From: an uncultured Gemmataceae bacterium
GTDB taxonomy: Bacteria > Planctomycetota > Planctomycetia > Gemmatales > Gemmataceae
Direction of reading: 5' to 3'
NCBI GenBank assembly: GCA_963750165.1
Contig: CAVVPN010000009.1
Coordinates: 64,045 to 128,044, forward strand
Length of the DNA: 64,000 nt
Within the stretch, counting starts at the first letter, position 1; every line of letters begins with the position of its first letter. The position numbers and the translations under genes are program-made. This document shows positions 1 through 11,959 of the stretch, in pieces. The notes beneath the pieces were generated by a model. That model saw only the letters and a list, made by a program, of their open reading frames with translations, had not been told where the DNA came from and ran no database searches.

Positions 1-134
1 CGGACTTGCCCTCGGGCAAGGCCTTTTCGTACACTGTCCGCGCCGACTGGACGCAGGGCGGCGAGCCGGTGTCGCGCGAACGCACCGTGACGGTGGCCGC
101 GGGCAAGACGGCTGTGGTCGATTTCACGAAGTAA
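1..134 (+). CDS. C-terminal end of a TIGR03000-domain protein (partial)
   Basis: Frame from nt 3 reads DLPSGKAFSYTVRADWTQGGEPVSRERTVTVAAGKTAVVDFTK*, paralogous to the C-terminus of the next gene (YAFTVRAVW...VVDFTK). Confidence 0.75.
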   Translation, partial: DLPSGKAFSYTVRADWTQGGEPVSRERTVTVAAGKTAVVDFTK

Positions 135-143
135 GCGCTGCGG

Positions 144-159
144 CGGCACGAAACGTGCA
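144..159 (+). promoter_or_regulatory. possible sigma54 (-24/-12) promoter
   Basis: cGGCACG-aaac-GTGCA, with GG-N10-GC spacing, intergenic upstream of 275. Confidence 0.3.
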
Positions 160-274
160 AGAATGCGAAAAGCAGAAAAAGCACCGGCCGGGGCTGAAAG
201 ACTTTTCCGGCCAGTTGGTATAATAAGCTGGAGATAATGAAGAGGTTGGTGCCTTGCCTGAAGGAGTATCCGCC

Positions 275-1765
275 ATGAGACGATGCCTGTCGGTTGGGTT
301 GCTCGCTCTCAGCCTGTCGGCGGTGCTGACGCCCGCCGCGTTTGGCCAGCGCGGGTTTGTCCATCCCCACGCCGGGTTCGGGCCCGGCCCGGCGTTCCAC
401 TTCGGCCACGCCGGCGCCCCGATCGTCAACCAATTCCTGGGCGGCACAACCGGTCTGTCGCTGCACAACCTGTACCATCCCTTGAGCTTCAACAGCCCGT
501 TGGGGGTCAACTCGCGCCTGACCTACAACCCATACGGCAACTACATTCCGTTCGGCAACTATCTCTCGAACAACGGCTTTCCCGGCAGTTACTACTTCAA
601 CCGCTACGGGAACTACAATAACGGCCTCGGCAACCCGTACGGGAACTACATTCCGTTCGGTAACTACCTCTCGAACAACGGCTTTCCTGGTAGCAACTAC
701 TTCAACCGCTACGGGAACTACAACAACGGCCTTGGCAACTCGTACGGCAACTACATCCCGTACGGCAACTACCTCTCAACCAACGGCTTTCCTGGCAGCA
801 ACTACTACGGCGGCACCGGCTACTACAACAATGGCTTCCGCGGGGCGTTCCCGAGCGTCCAGCAGGTGAACCCCGTCGTGAGCAACCCGTACATCGTGCC
901 GGGCCTGAATCTCAAGCAGTGGGCGTACAACACCAATGTCGTCGGCCGCACCTACGCCCAGTTCCCGCCCTGGATGTACGGCTACAACCCCTACACGCCG
1001 CTCGTCGTGGGCGGCAATTTCGGCGGCGGCTATGGCGGCGGCTACGGCGGCGGTTATGGCCTGGGCTACGGCGGCTACGGTCTGCCCTTCGGCCTGGGTT
1101 ACGGCGGTGGCTACGGTTATGTCGGCGGCCTGGGCTACGGCGGCGGCTATGGCGGCGGTGGCTATGGCGGCGTGCCGTTCGCCTCGACCTACCTCCTCAG
1201 CCCCGCCTACAACATCTACTCCGCCCAGTATGCGTCCAGCATTTACGGCGGCCCCCGCTTGCCGGCGAACTTCTACCAGTCGCCGGCTGGCTCCATCGAC
1301 CCCATCGGCACCCCGCCCGCCGGCCCGACCTCGGGAGTGAAGGGCGCCAGGGAGAGCCAGCCCAACGGCGGCAGCACTTACGCCACCGGCGGCCTTGGCA
1401 GCGCGTACAGCCCCGGCAGCCTGGTGGTGTCCAACTTCTACCAGTCGCCAGCCGGCTCCATCGACCCCATCCTGCCCGTGGGCGTCTCGTCCGCACCGCC
1501 GGTGGCCCAGGCCGCGCCCGTGCCGGAGCGGCAGGCGACGTTGACCATCAAGGTGCCGAACGACGCGGCCCTGGTGTGGTGCAACGGTCACCGCGTCAAC
1601 GGCGATGGTCTGACGCGCGTCTACCAAACGCCGGCCCTCGCGGCGGGGCAGGACTACGCCTTCACGGTGCGGGCCGTGTGGCTGCAGAAGGGCAACGGCG
1701 TGACGCGGGAGCAGACCGGGACCGTGGCCCCCGGGCAGTCGGCAGTGGTCGATTTCACGAAATGA
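275..1765 (+). CDS. secreted G/Y/N-rich low-complexity protein with C-terminal TIGR03000 domain
   Basis: AAGGAG RBS at 261; signal peptide MRRCLSVGLLALSLSAVLTPAAFG; C-terminal ATLTIKVPNDAALVWCNG...TRVYQTPAL...YAFTVRAVW motif. Confidence 0.8.
   Translation: MRRCLSVGLLALSLSAVLTPAAFGQRGFVHPHAGFGPGPAFHFGHAGAPIVNQFLGGTTGLSLHNLYHPLSFNSPLGVNSRLTYNPYGNYIPFGNYLSNNGFPGSYYFNRYGNYNNGLGNPYGNYIPFGNYLSNNGFPGSNYFNRYGNYNNGLGNSYGNYIPYGNYLSTNGFPGSNYYGGTGYYNNGFRGAFPSVQQVNPVVSNPYIVPGLNLKQWAYNTNVVGRTYAQFPPWMYGYNPYTPLVVGGNFGGGYGGGYGGGYGLGYGGYGLPFGLGYGGGYGYVGGLGYGGGYGGGGYGGVPFASTYLLSPAYNIYSAQYASSIYGGPRLPANFYQSPAGSIDPIGTPPAGPTSGVKGARESQPNGGSTYATGGLGSAYSPGSLVVSNFYQSPAGSIDPILPVGVSSAPPVAQAAPVPERQATLTIKVPNDAALVWCNGHRVNGDGLTRVYQTPALAAGQDYAFTVRAVWLQKGNGVTREQTGTVAPGQSAVVDFTK
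527..808 (+). repeat. intragenic 105-nt (35-aa) tandem repeat, ~2.7 copies
   Basis: Units start at 527, 632 and 737 (NPYGNYIPFGNYLSNNGFPGSxYFNRYGNYNNGLG). Confidence 0.9.
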
Positions 1766-2213
1766 CGGTGGGCGGATTCGGCCCAGCTTCCAGGACAAAA
1801 ATGCCCACCTCGCAGCGGATGGCGGCGAGGTTAACGCGGGCGGTCAGTCCTTCTTTCGCCAGCATGGCCTCCACGTCCAGCAGCACGGCGTCTTCCAGCA
1901 CTCGCACCCAGGGCTCCTCGCGAGCCAGGGTGCTGAAGACGTTCATGATGAGACCGCGCAGGGCGGTCACGGGCATGCCCAGCGCCCGGAATTTGACCAG
2001 CCGCAGGTGAACTTGCCGGTCGCGAACGGTGGGGTGCCAGAGTGTCTCGAAACTGACCGGCACGAACAGGGAGTACTCGCCCTGGACGACGACACCTTCC
2101 GGTGTGATGCCGATCTGCAATTCCTCGACGGGCTGATCTTTCGGGAGGTGGCGTTTGGCCAGGTCGTTGAGGTCCTGCTCGGTGACGGTGACCCGGAGCG
2201 CGTGAATTTCCAT
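1755..2213 (-). CDS. hypothetical protein
   Basis: ORF from MEIHALRVTVTEQDLNDLAK with normal globular composition. Confidence 0.65.
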   Translation of the reverse strand: MEIHALRVTVTEQDLNDLAKRHLPKDQPVEELQIGITPEGVVVQGEYSLFVPVSFETLWHPTVRDRQVHLRLVKFRALGMPVTALRGLIMNVFSTLAREEPWVRVLEDAVLLDVEAMLAKEGLTARVNLAAIRCEVGIFVLEAGPNPPTVIS

Positions 2214-2431
2214 GCAGTGGTCCCCTGGCGGCGATCCAACAAACAGACCTGGCCAGCATATGGAACGGCGTCGCCCCTGGCGACCGCGGCGAGGCGGGGC
2301 GGGTGGCGCGTCCTTATGGCTGCGGAGCAGCACGACGGCTTGACCCACGGCGGCCGTCGGCCTATCATCACCAAATACTAAACTTTCCTTCCCGGCACCA
2401 GCCGGGTGCCGCTGCACGAGGTAGCCACCGC

Positions 2432-3145
2432 ATGAAAGCGGAACACCGTAAAGAGCTGCAGACGAACATCCTGGCCGACCGCATGGGCCGCATGCTCGAT
2501 ACCGTCAAGACCCGGCCCAGCCGTCGCGGCGTCCTGCTCGTACTCCTTATCCTCGTCGTCATCGTGGGCGGCGGCATTGCTTATGTGGTCTACCAGGGTG
2601 GCATCAACGACAACCGCCAGCGCTGGGTTGAGTTTGACAAGACGGTCGATTTCAAGACCCTGCAGGACGTCGCCAAGGACTACGAGAAGACGAATCAGGG
2701 CAAGGCCGCTCGCGCCCAGATCGCCTGGGTGCGGCTGTGGGAACTGGGCATCAAACGCATGGGCATCGACACCAACGGCGGCGTGAACGAGGTCGTCGCC
2801 GCCAAGGAGATGTTCAGCCAGCTCGCCGACGACTGCAAGGACGATCCCGTGCTCGGCGCCGAGGCGGTGTACGCCATCGCCGTCTGCGAGGAAACCCTGG
2901 CCTGCAGCGCCCAGGTCAGCGTCAAGGCCCAGCTCGACCAGGCCCTCAAGGCGTACCGCCGCGTTGTGGACGAGCACGAGAAGAGCGGCTACGCCATCAA
3001 GGCCGCCGAGCGCATCAAGCTGTTTGAAAGCGAAAACGAACGCGAACTCATCACCCGGTTCTACGAGCAGATCCAGACGGACGCCAACCGGCTGAAGATG
3101 TTCCACGAGCAACTCGGCCCCCTCATGAAACAGCCGAGGAAATAA
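2432..3145 (+). CDS. membrane-anchored TPR-like protein
   Basis: MKAEHRKELQTNILAD start, one TM helix (VLLVLLILVVIVGGGIAYVV), helical repeats. Confidence 0.7.
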   Translation: MKAEHRKELQTNILADRMGRMLDTVKTRPSRRGVLLVLLILVVIVGGGIAYVVYQGGINDNRQRWVEFDKTVDFKTLQDVAKDYEKTNQGKAARAQIAWVRLWELGIKRMGIDTNGGVNEVVAAKEMFSQLADDCKDDPVLGAEAVYAIAVCEETLACSAQVSVKAQLDQALKAYRRVVDEHEKSGYAIKAAERIKLFESENERELITRFYEQIQTDANRLKMFHEQLGPLMKQPRK

Positions 3146-3194
3146 CCGGACACCCGGGTCCCGCCGGGGGACCGGCCTGGCGCTGAGGTCCCTC

Positions 3195-4232
3195 ATGTCC
3201 GTGCCAACGTCCCTGTCCGACGAGGCCCTGCCGGAGCCGACGCTGCCCCGCCTGCTCGATCTGGCGGTTGGGCGCAAGGGCGAGGGCCTGCGCCTCGACC
3301 AGTACATCGTCGGCCAGGTGCCCGACTTCAGCCGCTCCAACATCCAGAAGGCCATCGACGCCAGCCAGGTGACCGTCAACGGTGCCACCGCCAAGGCCAG
3401 CTACAAGGTGCGCGCCGGCGACATGGTGCGCGTCCAGCTACCAGAGCCGACCCACCCGCTGCCGGTGCCCGAGGACATCCCGCTGGAAGTCCTTTACGAG
3501 GACGACTACCTGGCGCTGATTAACAAGCCGCCGGACATGGTGGTGCATCCGGCCAAGGGCCACTGGTCGGGCACGCTGGTCAACGCGCTGCAGTTCCGCT
3601 TCAGCCACCTGAGCAACGCCAACGGCGACTATCGGCCCGGCATCGTCCACCGCCTCGACCGCGACACCAGCGGCGTCATCCTCGTGGCCAAGGAGGAGCG
3701 GACGCACCGCGAACTGAGCGCCCAGTTCGAGAACCGCAAAATATTCAAGGAATACGTCGCCATCACGCATGGGGTGCTGGAGCGCGACAGCGACTACATC
3801 GAGCGGCGCATCGGCCATCACAAGTTCGACCGCGTCAAGATGGCGGTAACCGATGAAGAGGACGACGGCAAGGAGGCGTGCAGTTTTTACGAGGTGCTGG
3901 AGCGCTTCGCCGGCTACACGCTGGTGAAGATCAGCCCGCGGACGGGGCGGACACACCAGATTCGCGTCCATCTGGCGAGCGTTGACTGTCCGGTGCTGGC
4001 GGACAAGGTGTACAGCGGCCGCGATGTGCTGCGGCTATCGGACCTGGTGCCGGACGTGGGCCACGATGAGGTGCTGATGCCGCGGCAGGCGCTGCATGCG
4101 TATCGGCTGCGCTTCCTGCACCCGCGGTTGCGCGAGGTGATCGCGGCGACGGCGCCGCTGCCGGTGGATTTTCAGCGCACACTGGCGGCGCTGCGGCAGT
4201 ATCGTAGCGACGGGCGCCCTGCCTGTCGCTGA
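3195..4232 (+). CDS. rluD: RluA/RluD-family pseudouridine synthase
   Basis: S4 domain (RLDQY...SRSNIQKAI), NKPPDMVVHP, catalytic HRLDRDTSG, TGRTHQIRVH. Confidence 0.92.
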   Translation: MSVPTSLSDEALPEPTLPRLLDLAVGRKGEGLRLDQYIVGQVPDFSRSNIQKAIDASQVTVNGATAKASYKVRAGDMVRVQLPEPTHPLPVPEDIPLEVLYEDDYLALINKPPDMVVHPAKGHWSGTLVNALQFRFSHLSNANGDYRPGIVHRLDRDTSGVILVAKEERTHRELSAQFENRKIFKEYVAITHGVLERDSDYIERRIGHHKFDRVKMAVTDEEDDGKEACSFYEVLERFAGYTLVKISPRTGRTHQIRVHLASVDCPVLADKVYSGRDVLRLSDLVPDVGHDEVLMPRQALHAYRLRFLHPRLREVIAATAPLPVDFQRTLAALRQYRSDGRPACR

Positions 4233-4267
4233 TGGGGGTTGCGACAGGCGAGCCGCCCGTCGCTACG
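4203..4267. repeat. REP/REPIN-like palindrome overlapping the rluD stop codon
   Basis: CGTAGCGACGGGCG...GCCTGTCGC / GCGACAGGC...CGCCCGTCGCTACG, with GTAG/CTAC near the ends. Confidence 0.7.
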
Positions 4268-4278
4268 GAGGGACGACG

Positions 4279-4772
4279 ATGACCAGGACCGACATGCGCG
4301 AGTGGCTGGAGTTCGCCCGGCGCAAGACGTTGGAGCTGCTCGACGCCATCGCGACGCGGCCGGACGCGGTGGCCGTGCTGAAGTGGCGGCCCGGCCCGGG
4401 ACGGGCGCACATCGCCTGGCAGCTGATGCACCTGGCCGCGACGGACGACCGCCACCTCAACGTGCGCATGGGCGGCGGCGAACCCAGCGCACCGACCTCG
4501 TGAAGCGCTTCGCCGGCGGCAGCGTCCCCGACGACGCGGTGCCCGAGCTGGCGGACATCCGCCGCTATCTGACCGAACGCCGCGCCGCCCTGCTGGAGCA
4601 TCTGCAAAGCCTCGACGACGGCCAGCTGGAGCAGAAGCCGAACGCCGCGGCGCCGTGGACGTACCGCGAGTGGGTCAAGGTGCTCACCTGGCACGAGGCG
4701 CACCACCAGGGGCAGGCGCACCTGACGTTCAACCTGTACCGTGCCGCCCACGACGTGCCGGCGCAACCGTGA
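4279..4772 (+). CDS. DinB-family protein (one frameshift near 4490)
   Basis: ORF 4279-4503 (HIAWQLMHLA) continues in the 4239 frame (WHEAHHQGQ), giving the DinB His triad. Confidence 0.8.
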
Positions 4773-4841
4773 CCGTTTTCTCCCTCGCCCTCTTCAGGGG
4801 CGAGGGGAGCAAGAAACTGCACCCCGAGCGACCGCACGATC

Positions 4842-6712
4842 ATGGTGAGCCCAGTCCTGTATCAGGAAATGCTGCTCGGCAGCCGGCGGAACCGCCAGTA
4901 TCTGTTCCGCTGGGCCTACGCCGTGCTGCTACTGATCGAACTGGCCATCTTCCTGATCGGCTACATGATCTGGACGGCCGGCTTCCCGGGCCTGCGTCGC
5001 CTGCCGAGTTTCACCGAGTTCGCGAACTTCGCCCGCACCTATCTCGAACTGATCGTCGCCCAGCACTTCATCCTGCTGGTGCTGGTGACGCCGACCGTTA
5101 CCGCCGGCGCCATCACCGATGAGAAGCAGCGCGGCACCCTGCAATACCTGCTGACGGCGGACCTGCGCCCGGGCGAGATCGTCCTGGGCAAGCTGCTCGG
5201 CCGCAGCTTTCAGGTGCTGCTGCTGACGCTGACGGCCCTGCCGCTGCTGGGGTTTCTTGGGGTCTATGCCGGGGTGGACGGCCTGAAGTTCCTGGCGCTG
5301 GCGGCGGCGACGCTGGTGATGATCTTTGCGCTGGGCTCGGTCAGCCTGCTGGCGTCGGTGCTGTGCCGCCACACCCGCGACGCGGTGCTCAGCCTGTACT
5401 CGCTCGGTCTGGGCCTGGTGGTGCTGGCCACGGCGGTGAACGCGCTGCTGGAGGTGCTCGGCGGCGTCAGCCGCGACGCTGGCCCGGCGTGGTTGCGCGG
5501 CGTGGCGACGGTGCTGGACGCCTTCAATCCACTGCAGCCGCTCGGCTCCGACTGGCTGAGCGCCAGCCCGACCGAGATCGGCCAGCGTCTGCTGGCGCTG
5601 CTGTACACCTGGGGCCTGCTCGGCAGCGTCTGTTTGACGGCGGCAGTGTTGCGGCTGCGCGGCGCCTACCTGAGCTACCTGCAGGGGGCCGAGCGCAAGA
5701 AGCCGCGCTGGTGGCGCGCGGGCGCGCCCGCCTGGGTGACGACCCGCTCACCTGGAAGGAGCGGCACGTCGAGGGCATCGCGCCGCTGGCGGTGCTGCGC
5801 GGGCTGCCGCGCTGGCTCGGCATCGTCCTGGTGGCGGTGCTGACGACCGTGTGGGCGGTGATCCTGCTGGTCGCCAACATGAAGAGCGGCGACTCGTTCG
5901 CGTCCCTGGGGCGGCTGGTGGTCGCCGCGGACTGGATGGGGCTGGTGGCCGCCGCGCAGTCCATCGACCAGGGGGCTGCTGCTCACCAGTTTTACTGGCA
6001 CTTCGGGCTGCCGGTGATGCTGGTGGCGAGCCTGGTGGTCGGCATCCGCTGCAGCGGCGCGGTGACCGGCGAGCGCGAAAAACAGACGTGGGAGGCTCTG
6101 CTGCTGACGCCGCTGGAGACGCGGCAATTGATCCGCGGCAAATTCTGGGGCATCTGCGGCGCGACCTGGCCGTACCTGCTGGCCTACGCGGTGCCAGCGC
6201 TGCTGCTGTCGGCGGTGGGCGGGCTTGGGGCGTTTCTGTGGACGCTGCTGTGGCTGGGCGTGACAGTGCTGGCGATGGCGTTCGTCGGCGGCGCGGGACT
6301 GTGGTGCAGCGTGCGTTCGTCGAGTTCGTGGCGCAGCCTGCTCGCGACGCTCGGCTTCGCCTACGGCGGTGGTCTGCTGCTGTTCTGCATCGCCTCACCG
6401 GTGGTGCTGATCGTGTCGCTGCTCATCACGTTCATGCTGGCGCTGTTCGACATGCTGATGGGCACGAGCGCGGCGATGGCGTTCGGCCGCTTTCAGGAGG
6501 CGTTCAACGTCTCGATGTGCGTGACGCTGGCGGGCATCTTCGTGTTCCTGGCCTGGCGGCTGGTGGTGTCGGCGGAGTACCGCGTCGGCGTGCTGGAGCG
6601 CACCAAGCACTGGAAGCACGAGCCGCGCCAGCTCCATGGCCGGCGGCCGTACCCCATCGCGCGGCCAGCCTCACGCAGTCGCCGTTATGAGGACGAGGAC
6701 GACGATTACTGA
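4842..6712 (+). CDS. ABC-2 type permease with two repeated permease modules (frameshift near 5720)
   Basis: AGAITDEKQRGTLQYLLTADL and SGAVTGEREKQTWEALLLTPL motifs, many TM helices, split over two frames. Confidence 0.8.
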
Positions 6713-6731
6713 GCCTGCCCCGGTGTCCGAC

Positions 6732-7382
6732 ATGGCCCCGCTGCGCGTCAAAATCTGCGGCATCACCAGCGTCGCCGACGCCAGCGCTGCTGCCGCGGCC
6801 GGCGCCGACGCCATCGGCCTCAACTTCTATCCGCCGTCGCCGCGCTGCGTCCCGCCCGAGATCGCCCGCGCCGTCCTCGACGCCCTGCCGCCGTTCGTCG
6901 ATCCGGTCGCCCTGTACGTCAACGAACCGCTGGCCGTGCTGGCGGAGCGCTTGTCGGCGCTGGGCGGCGTTCGCACGGTGCAGTGGCACGGCGACCGGCC
7001 CGAGCCACCGCCCGCGTGGCCCTACCGCTACGTCCCCGCGTTTGCGGTGCCGGACGCGGCGGCGCTGGAACAGGTGCGCCGCTACCTCGACGGCTGCCGC
7101 GCACTGGGCCGGCTGCCCGCGGCGGTGCTGCTCGATGGCCACCAGCCCGGCGTCTACGGCGGCACTGGCCGGCGGGCCGCGTGGGAGTTGCTCGCGGACA
7201 TCGATCTGGGTGTGCCGTTGATCCTGGCGGGCGGGCTGACACCGGACAACGTCGCGGAGGCGGTGCGGCGGGTGCGGCCCTATGCGGTGGACGTGGCCGG
7301 CGGCGTCGAGGCGGCGCCCGGGGTGAAGGACGTGGAGAAAGTGCGGCGGTTTGTGGCGAACGCCCGGGCGGCGGCGGTTTGA
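6732..7382 (+). CDS. trpF: phosphoribosylanthranilate isomerase
   Basis: VKICGIT, GADAIGLNFYPPSPR, GGTG, ILAGGLTPDNV, VDVAGGVE. Confidence 0.93.
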   Translation: MAPLRVKICGITSVADASAAAAAGADAIGLNFYPPSPRCVPPEIARAVLDALPPFVDPVALYVNEPLAVLAERLSALGGVRTVQWHGDRPEPPPAWPYRYVPAFAVPDAAALEQVRRYLDGCRALGRLPAAVLLDGHQPGVYGGTGRRAAWELLADIDLGVPLILAGGLTPDNVAEAVRRVRPYAVDVAGGVEAAPGVKDVEKVRRFVANARAAAV

Positions 7383-7438
7383 ACCCTGGCGGCACCGGGA
7401 GCGTATGCGACGCTGGGCAGGGTGTGCCTCTGGATTGC

Positions 7439-7505
7439 GGCGAGCGGCGCGGCGTCAGCCCGCCGGTCTGTGCGTCACCGGCGGGCTGACGCCGCGCCGC
7501 TCGCC
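7439..7505. repeat. palindromic repeat family A, copy 1
   Basis: 29-bp arm GGCGAGCGGCGCGGCGTCAGCCCGCCGGT plus its reverse complement. Confidence 0.9.
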
Positions 7506-7657
7506 CCTCTTGAGGCGGGTCGTCTTGGCTTGCGTGAGCGGAATTGCTATCATTTCTCCATCTTAATGAAGGGTGGAGGACCCTACATTCTTGCCGGTGG
7601 CGGCCGCCCAGTCGGGGCGGTGTCGGGGGCCGGCGCTAACCCAGGAGCTGGAACGCA

Positions 7658-9105
<1,448 letters not shown>

Positions 9106-9123
9106 CACTCGACGTTCTTCTCA

Positions 9124-9171
9124 CCCCGTTTACGTTTCGCGCACGGAACGCCGCGCGAAACGTAAACGGGG
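9124..9171. repeat. palindromic repeat family B, copy 1
   Basis: CCCCGTTTACGTTTCGCGC...GCGCGAAACGTAAACGGGG just after the ahcY stop. Confidence 0.9.
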
Positions 9172-9232
9172 ACAGGTGGAAACGGAACCCAGGGGACGCA
9201 CGTGCGTCCCCTGTTGCGCTCTGGGGGGAGCG

Positions 9233-10243
9233 ATGAACGACGCCGACTTCCTGGCGGCGATCCGTGCCGCCCCGCACGACGCGGCGCCGCGGCTGGTCTA
9301 CGCCGACTGGCTGGAGGAGCGCGGCGACCCACGGGCGGAGCTGATCCGCGTTGAAGAGGAGATGCGGCGGTTGCCGGTGTTCGCGGATCGCTACTGGGAG
9401 TTGAAGCCGCGGCGGGTGGAACTGCTCTCTCGAGCCTCCGCGGACTGGTTAGAGGCCCTGGGCTACAGCGGTTGGCGGCCGACTTTTCACCACGGCTTTC
9501 CCGACGGCTGGAAGGAGCGTTGGCGGTTGATCCGCGCATTCACGGAAGTGTGGCTCGGCATCCCGATGAATGACGTGGGCGGCCGGACGGCCGAGATTCA
9601 GGAGGTCGAAACGCGATTGCAGCGGCCACTGCCGTCGTCTGTCCGCGAATGGGTGGCGTACGTGCAGGACGTGGGTCCGGTGAGTTGGCTCCACGAACTG
9701 CGGGCTGGGAGCAGCATGACCGAGTTGGAAGGTCACGGCGCCGTGTCCCTGCTGATCAATCCCGAATGGGATTATCACTGGGCGGTGCGTCACAAGCATC
9801 TGAGTTTCCCCGACCCGCCTGTATACGGCTATACCTGGGACATCGAGAACCCTAACGTGGCGGCGCGGGAGTCGTTCGTCCCAGTTCAGCGCGGCCCGCA
9901 GGTCCAGAGAGTCACCGAGTTTACCCTGGATTACGTGATGGCTTACGCCGCTGGGGCGGGAGGCGGATTCGGGGCCGATGTGGAGGATTCGCGCCGCCTG
10001 ATCGCGGACTTGAAGGCCGCATTCCCGATCCACGCCCGGTTCGGACAGACGGAGGTTTTTGAGAGGGAGAACGTGCTGGTTGTCCTGCCGCCGTGGAATC
10101 GACACATCGTCCAGCAGCTGAAAGTGGAAGTGTTCCGGCCGATGCCGCGCGAAGCACTCCCAGCGTTTCTGCTGGAATACGCCGACGAATACCCGCCCAG
10201 TGAACCGCACCCGTGGATTGCGGATGATGAGATCCCGTTTTGA
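9233..10243 (+). CDS. TIGR02996-domain protein with SMI1/KNR4-like segment
   Basis: FLAAIRAAPHDAAPRLVYADWLEERGDPRAELIR; EIQEVETRLQRPLPSSVREW. Confidence 0.8.
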   Translation: MNDADFLAAIRAAPHDAAPRLVYADWLEERGDPRAELIRVEEEMRRLPVFADRYWELKPRRVELLSRASADWLEALGYSGWRPTFHHGFPDGWKERWRLIRAFTEVWLGIPMNDVGGRTAEIQEVETRLQRPLPSSVREWVAYVQDVGPVSWLHELRAGSSMTELEGHGAVSLLINPEWDYHWAVRHKHLSFPDPPVYGYTWDIENPNVAARESFVPVQRGPQVQRVTEFTLDYVMAYAAGAGGGFGADVEDSRRLIADLKAAFPIHARFGQTEVFERENVLVVLPPWNRHIVQQLKVEVFRPMPREALPAFLLEYADEYPPSEPHPWIADDEIPF

Positions 10244-10269
10244 CCGGCATGAAAGTCGGAGGCCGACGC

Positions 10270-11028
10270 ATGGCGGACTGGCTCGAACAGTTGACGCATG
10301 AAGGCTACACCCTGCTGCTCGGCGTCCTCAACGCCGCCGAGGTGCAGGCGATCCGTGCCGCCTGCACCTCGGCGCTCGCCGACGCCGCCACCGACCGCGC
10401 CGTCCTCGCCGGCCACGGCGGCCAGCCCTACGGCGCCCGCAACCTCTTCCGCCTCTGGCCCGGCGTCCTCACCCTGGCCCGACACCCCGCGCTCGCGGCG
10501 GCGCTACGGCGTGTCCTCGGCCCGCGCGGCGGCCTGGTCCGCGGCCTCTACTTCGACAAGCCGCCCGGCGACAGCTGGGCGCTGCCCTGGCACCGCGATC
10601 TGACCGTCGCGGTCCAGGCACACGGCCGCCAGGGCCGCTTCCTCCGGCCAACCACCAAGGCCGGCGTGCCGCACGTCGAGGCGCCCGCCGAGCTGCTCGC
10701 CACGCTGCTCACCGCCCGCATCCACCTGGACGACGTCACCGACCACAACGGCCCGCTGCGCGTCCTCCCCGGTTCGCACAACCCGGCGCATCCGGTGCAA
10801 GCCGACGACCGCGCCGCGGTCACGCTGACCTGCGCCGCCGGCGACGTGCTGCTGATGCGGCCGCTGCTGCTGCACGCCAGCGGCCACAGCACCCCCGGCT
10901 GCGCCGCCCACCGCCGCATTGTCCACCTGGAGTGCGCCCCACCCCCCGAACTGTCCGACGGCTACGACTGGCACGACTTCCTTCCTCTGTACCAGCGAAC
11001 GGAGTGCGACCCATGCGACGCGGCCTGA
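10270..11028 (+). CDS. phytanoyl-CoA dioxygenase (PhyH) family protein
   Basis: FDKPPGDSWALPWHRD (HxD), HLDDVTDHNGPLRVLPGSH, GDVLLMRPLLLHAS. Confidence 0.87.
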   Translation: MADWLEQLTHEGYTLLLGVLNAAEVQAIRAACTSALADAATDRAVLAGHGGQPYGARNLFRLWPGVLTLARHPALAAALRRVLGPRGGLVRGLYFDKPPGDSWALPWHRDLTVAVQAHGRQGRFLRPTTKAGVPHVEAPAELLATLLTARIHLDDVTDHNGPLRVLPGSHNPAHPVQADDRAAVTLTCAAGDVLLMRPLLLHASGHSTPGCAAHRRIVHLECAPPPELSDGYDWHDFLPLYQRTECDPCDAA

Positions 11029-11954
11029 TCCTCTGCGGATGTTTGCTCGCCCTGCTGACCGTCCAGACCCTGGGTGCCAACCAGGGCGAACCATCGTTCA
11101 CACACAAGGCGGACGTGATCTACGGCCGCAAGCACGGCATGGCGCTGACGATGGACGTGTTCACGCCGAAGGCCAACGCCAACGACGCCGGCGTCATCCT
11201 GGTCATCAGCGGCGGCTGGGTCTCGGCCCACAATCCGAACTTCGGGAAGAACCCGCTCGTGTCGGAACTGACCCGGCGCGGCTACACCGTCTTCGCGGTC
11301 GTTCACGGCAGTCAGCCGAAGTACACCATCCCCGAAATCCTTGAGGACATGCACCGGGCGGTGCGTTACATCCGCAGCCACGCCGCCGAGTACAAGATCG
11401 ACCCGGACCGCATCGGCATCACTGGCGGCTCGGCGGGCGGTCACCTGTCGCTGATGCTGGGCACCGCCGGCAAGCCCGGCATTGCGAACGCCAGTGACCT
11501 CGTGAACCGGGCCTCCAGCCGGGTGCAGGCGGTCGCGTGCTTCTTCCCGCCGACCGATTTCCTGAACTACGGCAAGGCCGGCGAGAACGCCCTGGGCCGC
11601 GGTGTGCTGAAGAATTTTTCGGCGCCGTTCGCGTTCCAGGAACTCGACCGCAAATTTGGCGGAACCGGCAAGTACGTGCTCATCACTGACGAGGCCAAAA
11701 TCCTGGAGATCGGCAAGAAGATTTCGCCGATCAACCACGTCACCGCCGACGACGCCCCAACGCTCATCATTCACGGTGACAAGGATGTTCTGGTGCCGAT
11801 CCAGCAAGCGGAGATCATCATCGCGAAATTCAAGGAAGTGGGCGTGCCCGCAGAGTTGCGCGTCAAGAAGGGCGCGGGCCACGGCTGGGCGGACATGGCG
11901 AAGGACATGCCGCGCATCGTGGACTGGTTCGACAAGCACCTCAAGAAGAAGTAA
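11013..11954 (+). CDS. secreted alpha/beta hydrolase (esterase/lipase-like)
   Basis: Signal peptide, SGGW, GGSAGGHL nucleophile elbow, IIHGDKDVLVP, GAGHG. Confidence 0.88.
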   Translation: MRRGLILCGCLLALLTVQTLGANQGEPSFTHKADVIYGRKHGMALTMDVFTPKANANDAGVILVISGGWVSAHNPNFGKNPLVSELTRRGYTVFAVVHGSQPKYTIPEILEDMHRAVRYIRSHAAEYKIDPDRIGITGGSAGGHLSLMLGTAGKPGIANASDLVNRASSRVQAVACFFPPTDFLNYGKAGENALGRGVLKNFSAPFAFQELDRKFGGTGKYVLITDEAKILEIGKKISPINHVTADDAPTLIIHGDKDVLVPIQQAEIIIAKFKEVGVPAELRVKKGAGHGWADMAKDMPRIVDWFDKHLKKK

Positions 11955-11959
11955 GTCTC

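Noticed and set aside
7560..7657. SAH riboswitch upstream of ahcY
   Set aside because: Expected from context, but I cannot find the GAGGAGCG...AGGCTC...CGCT core.
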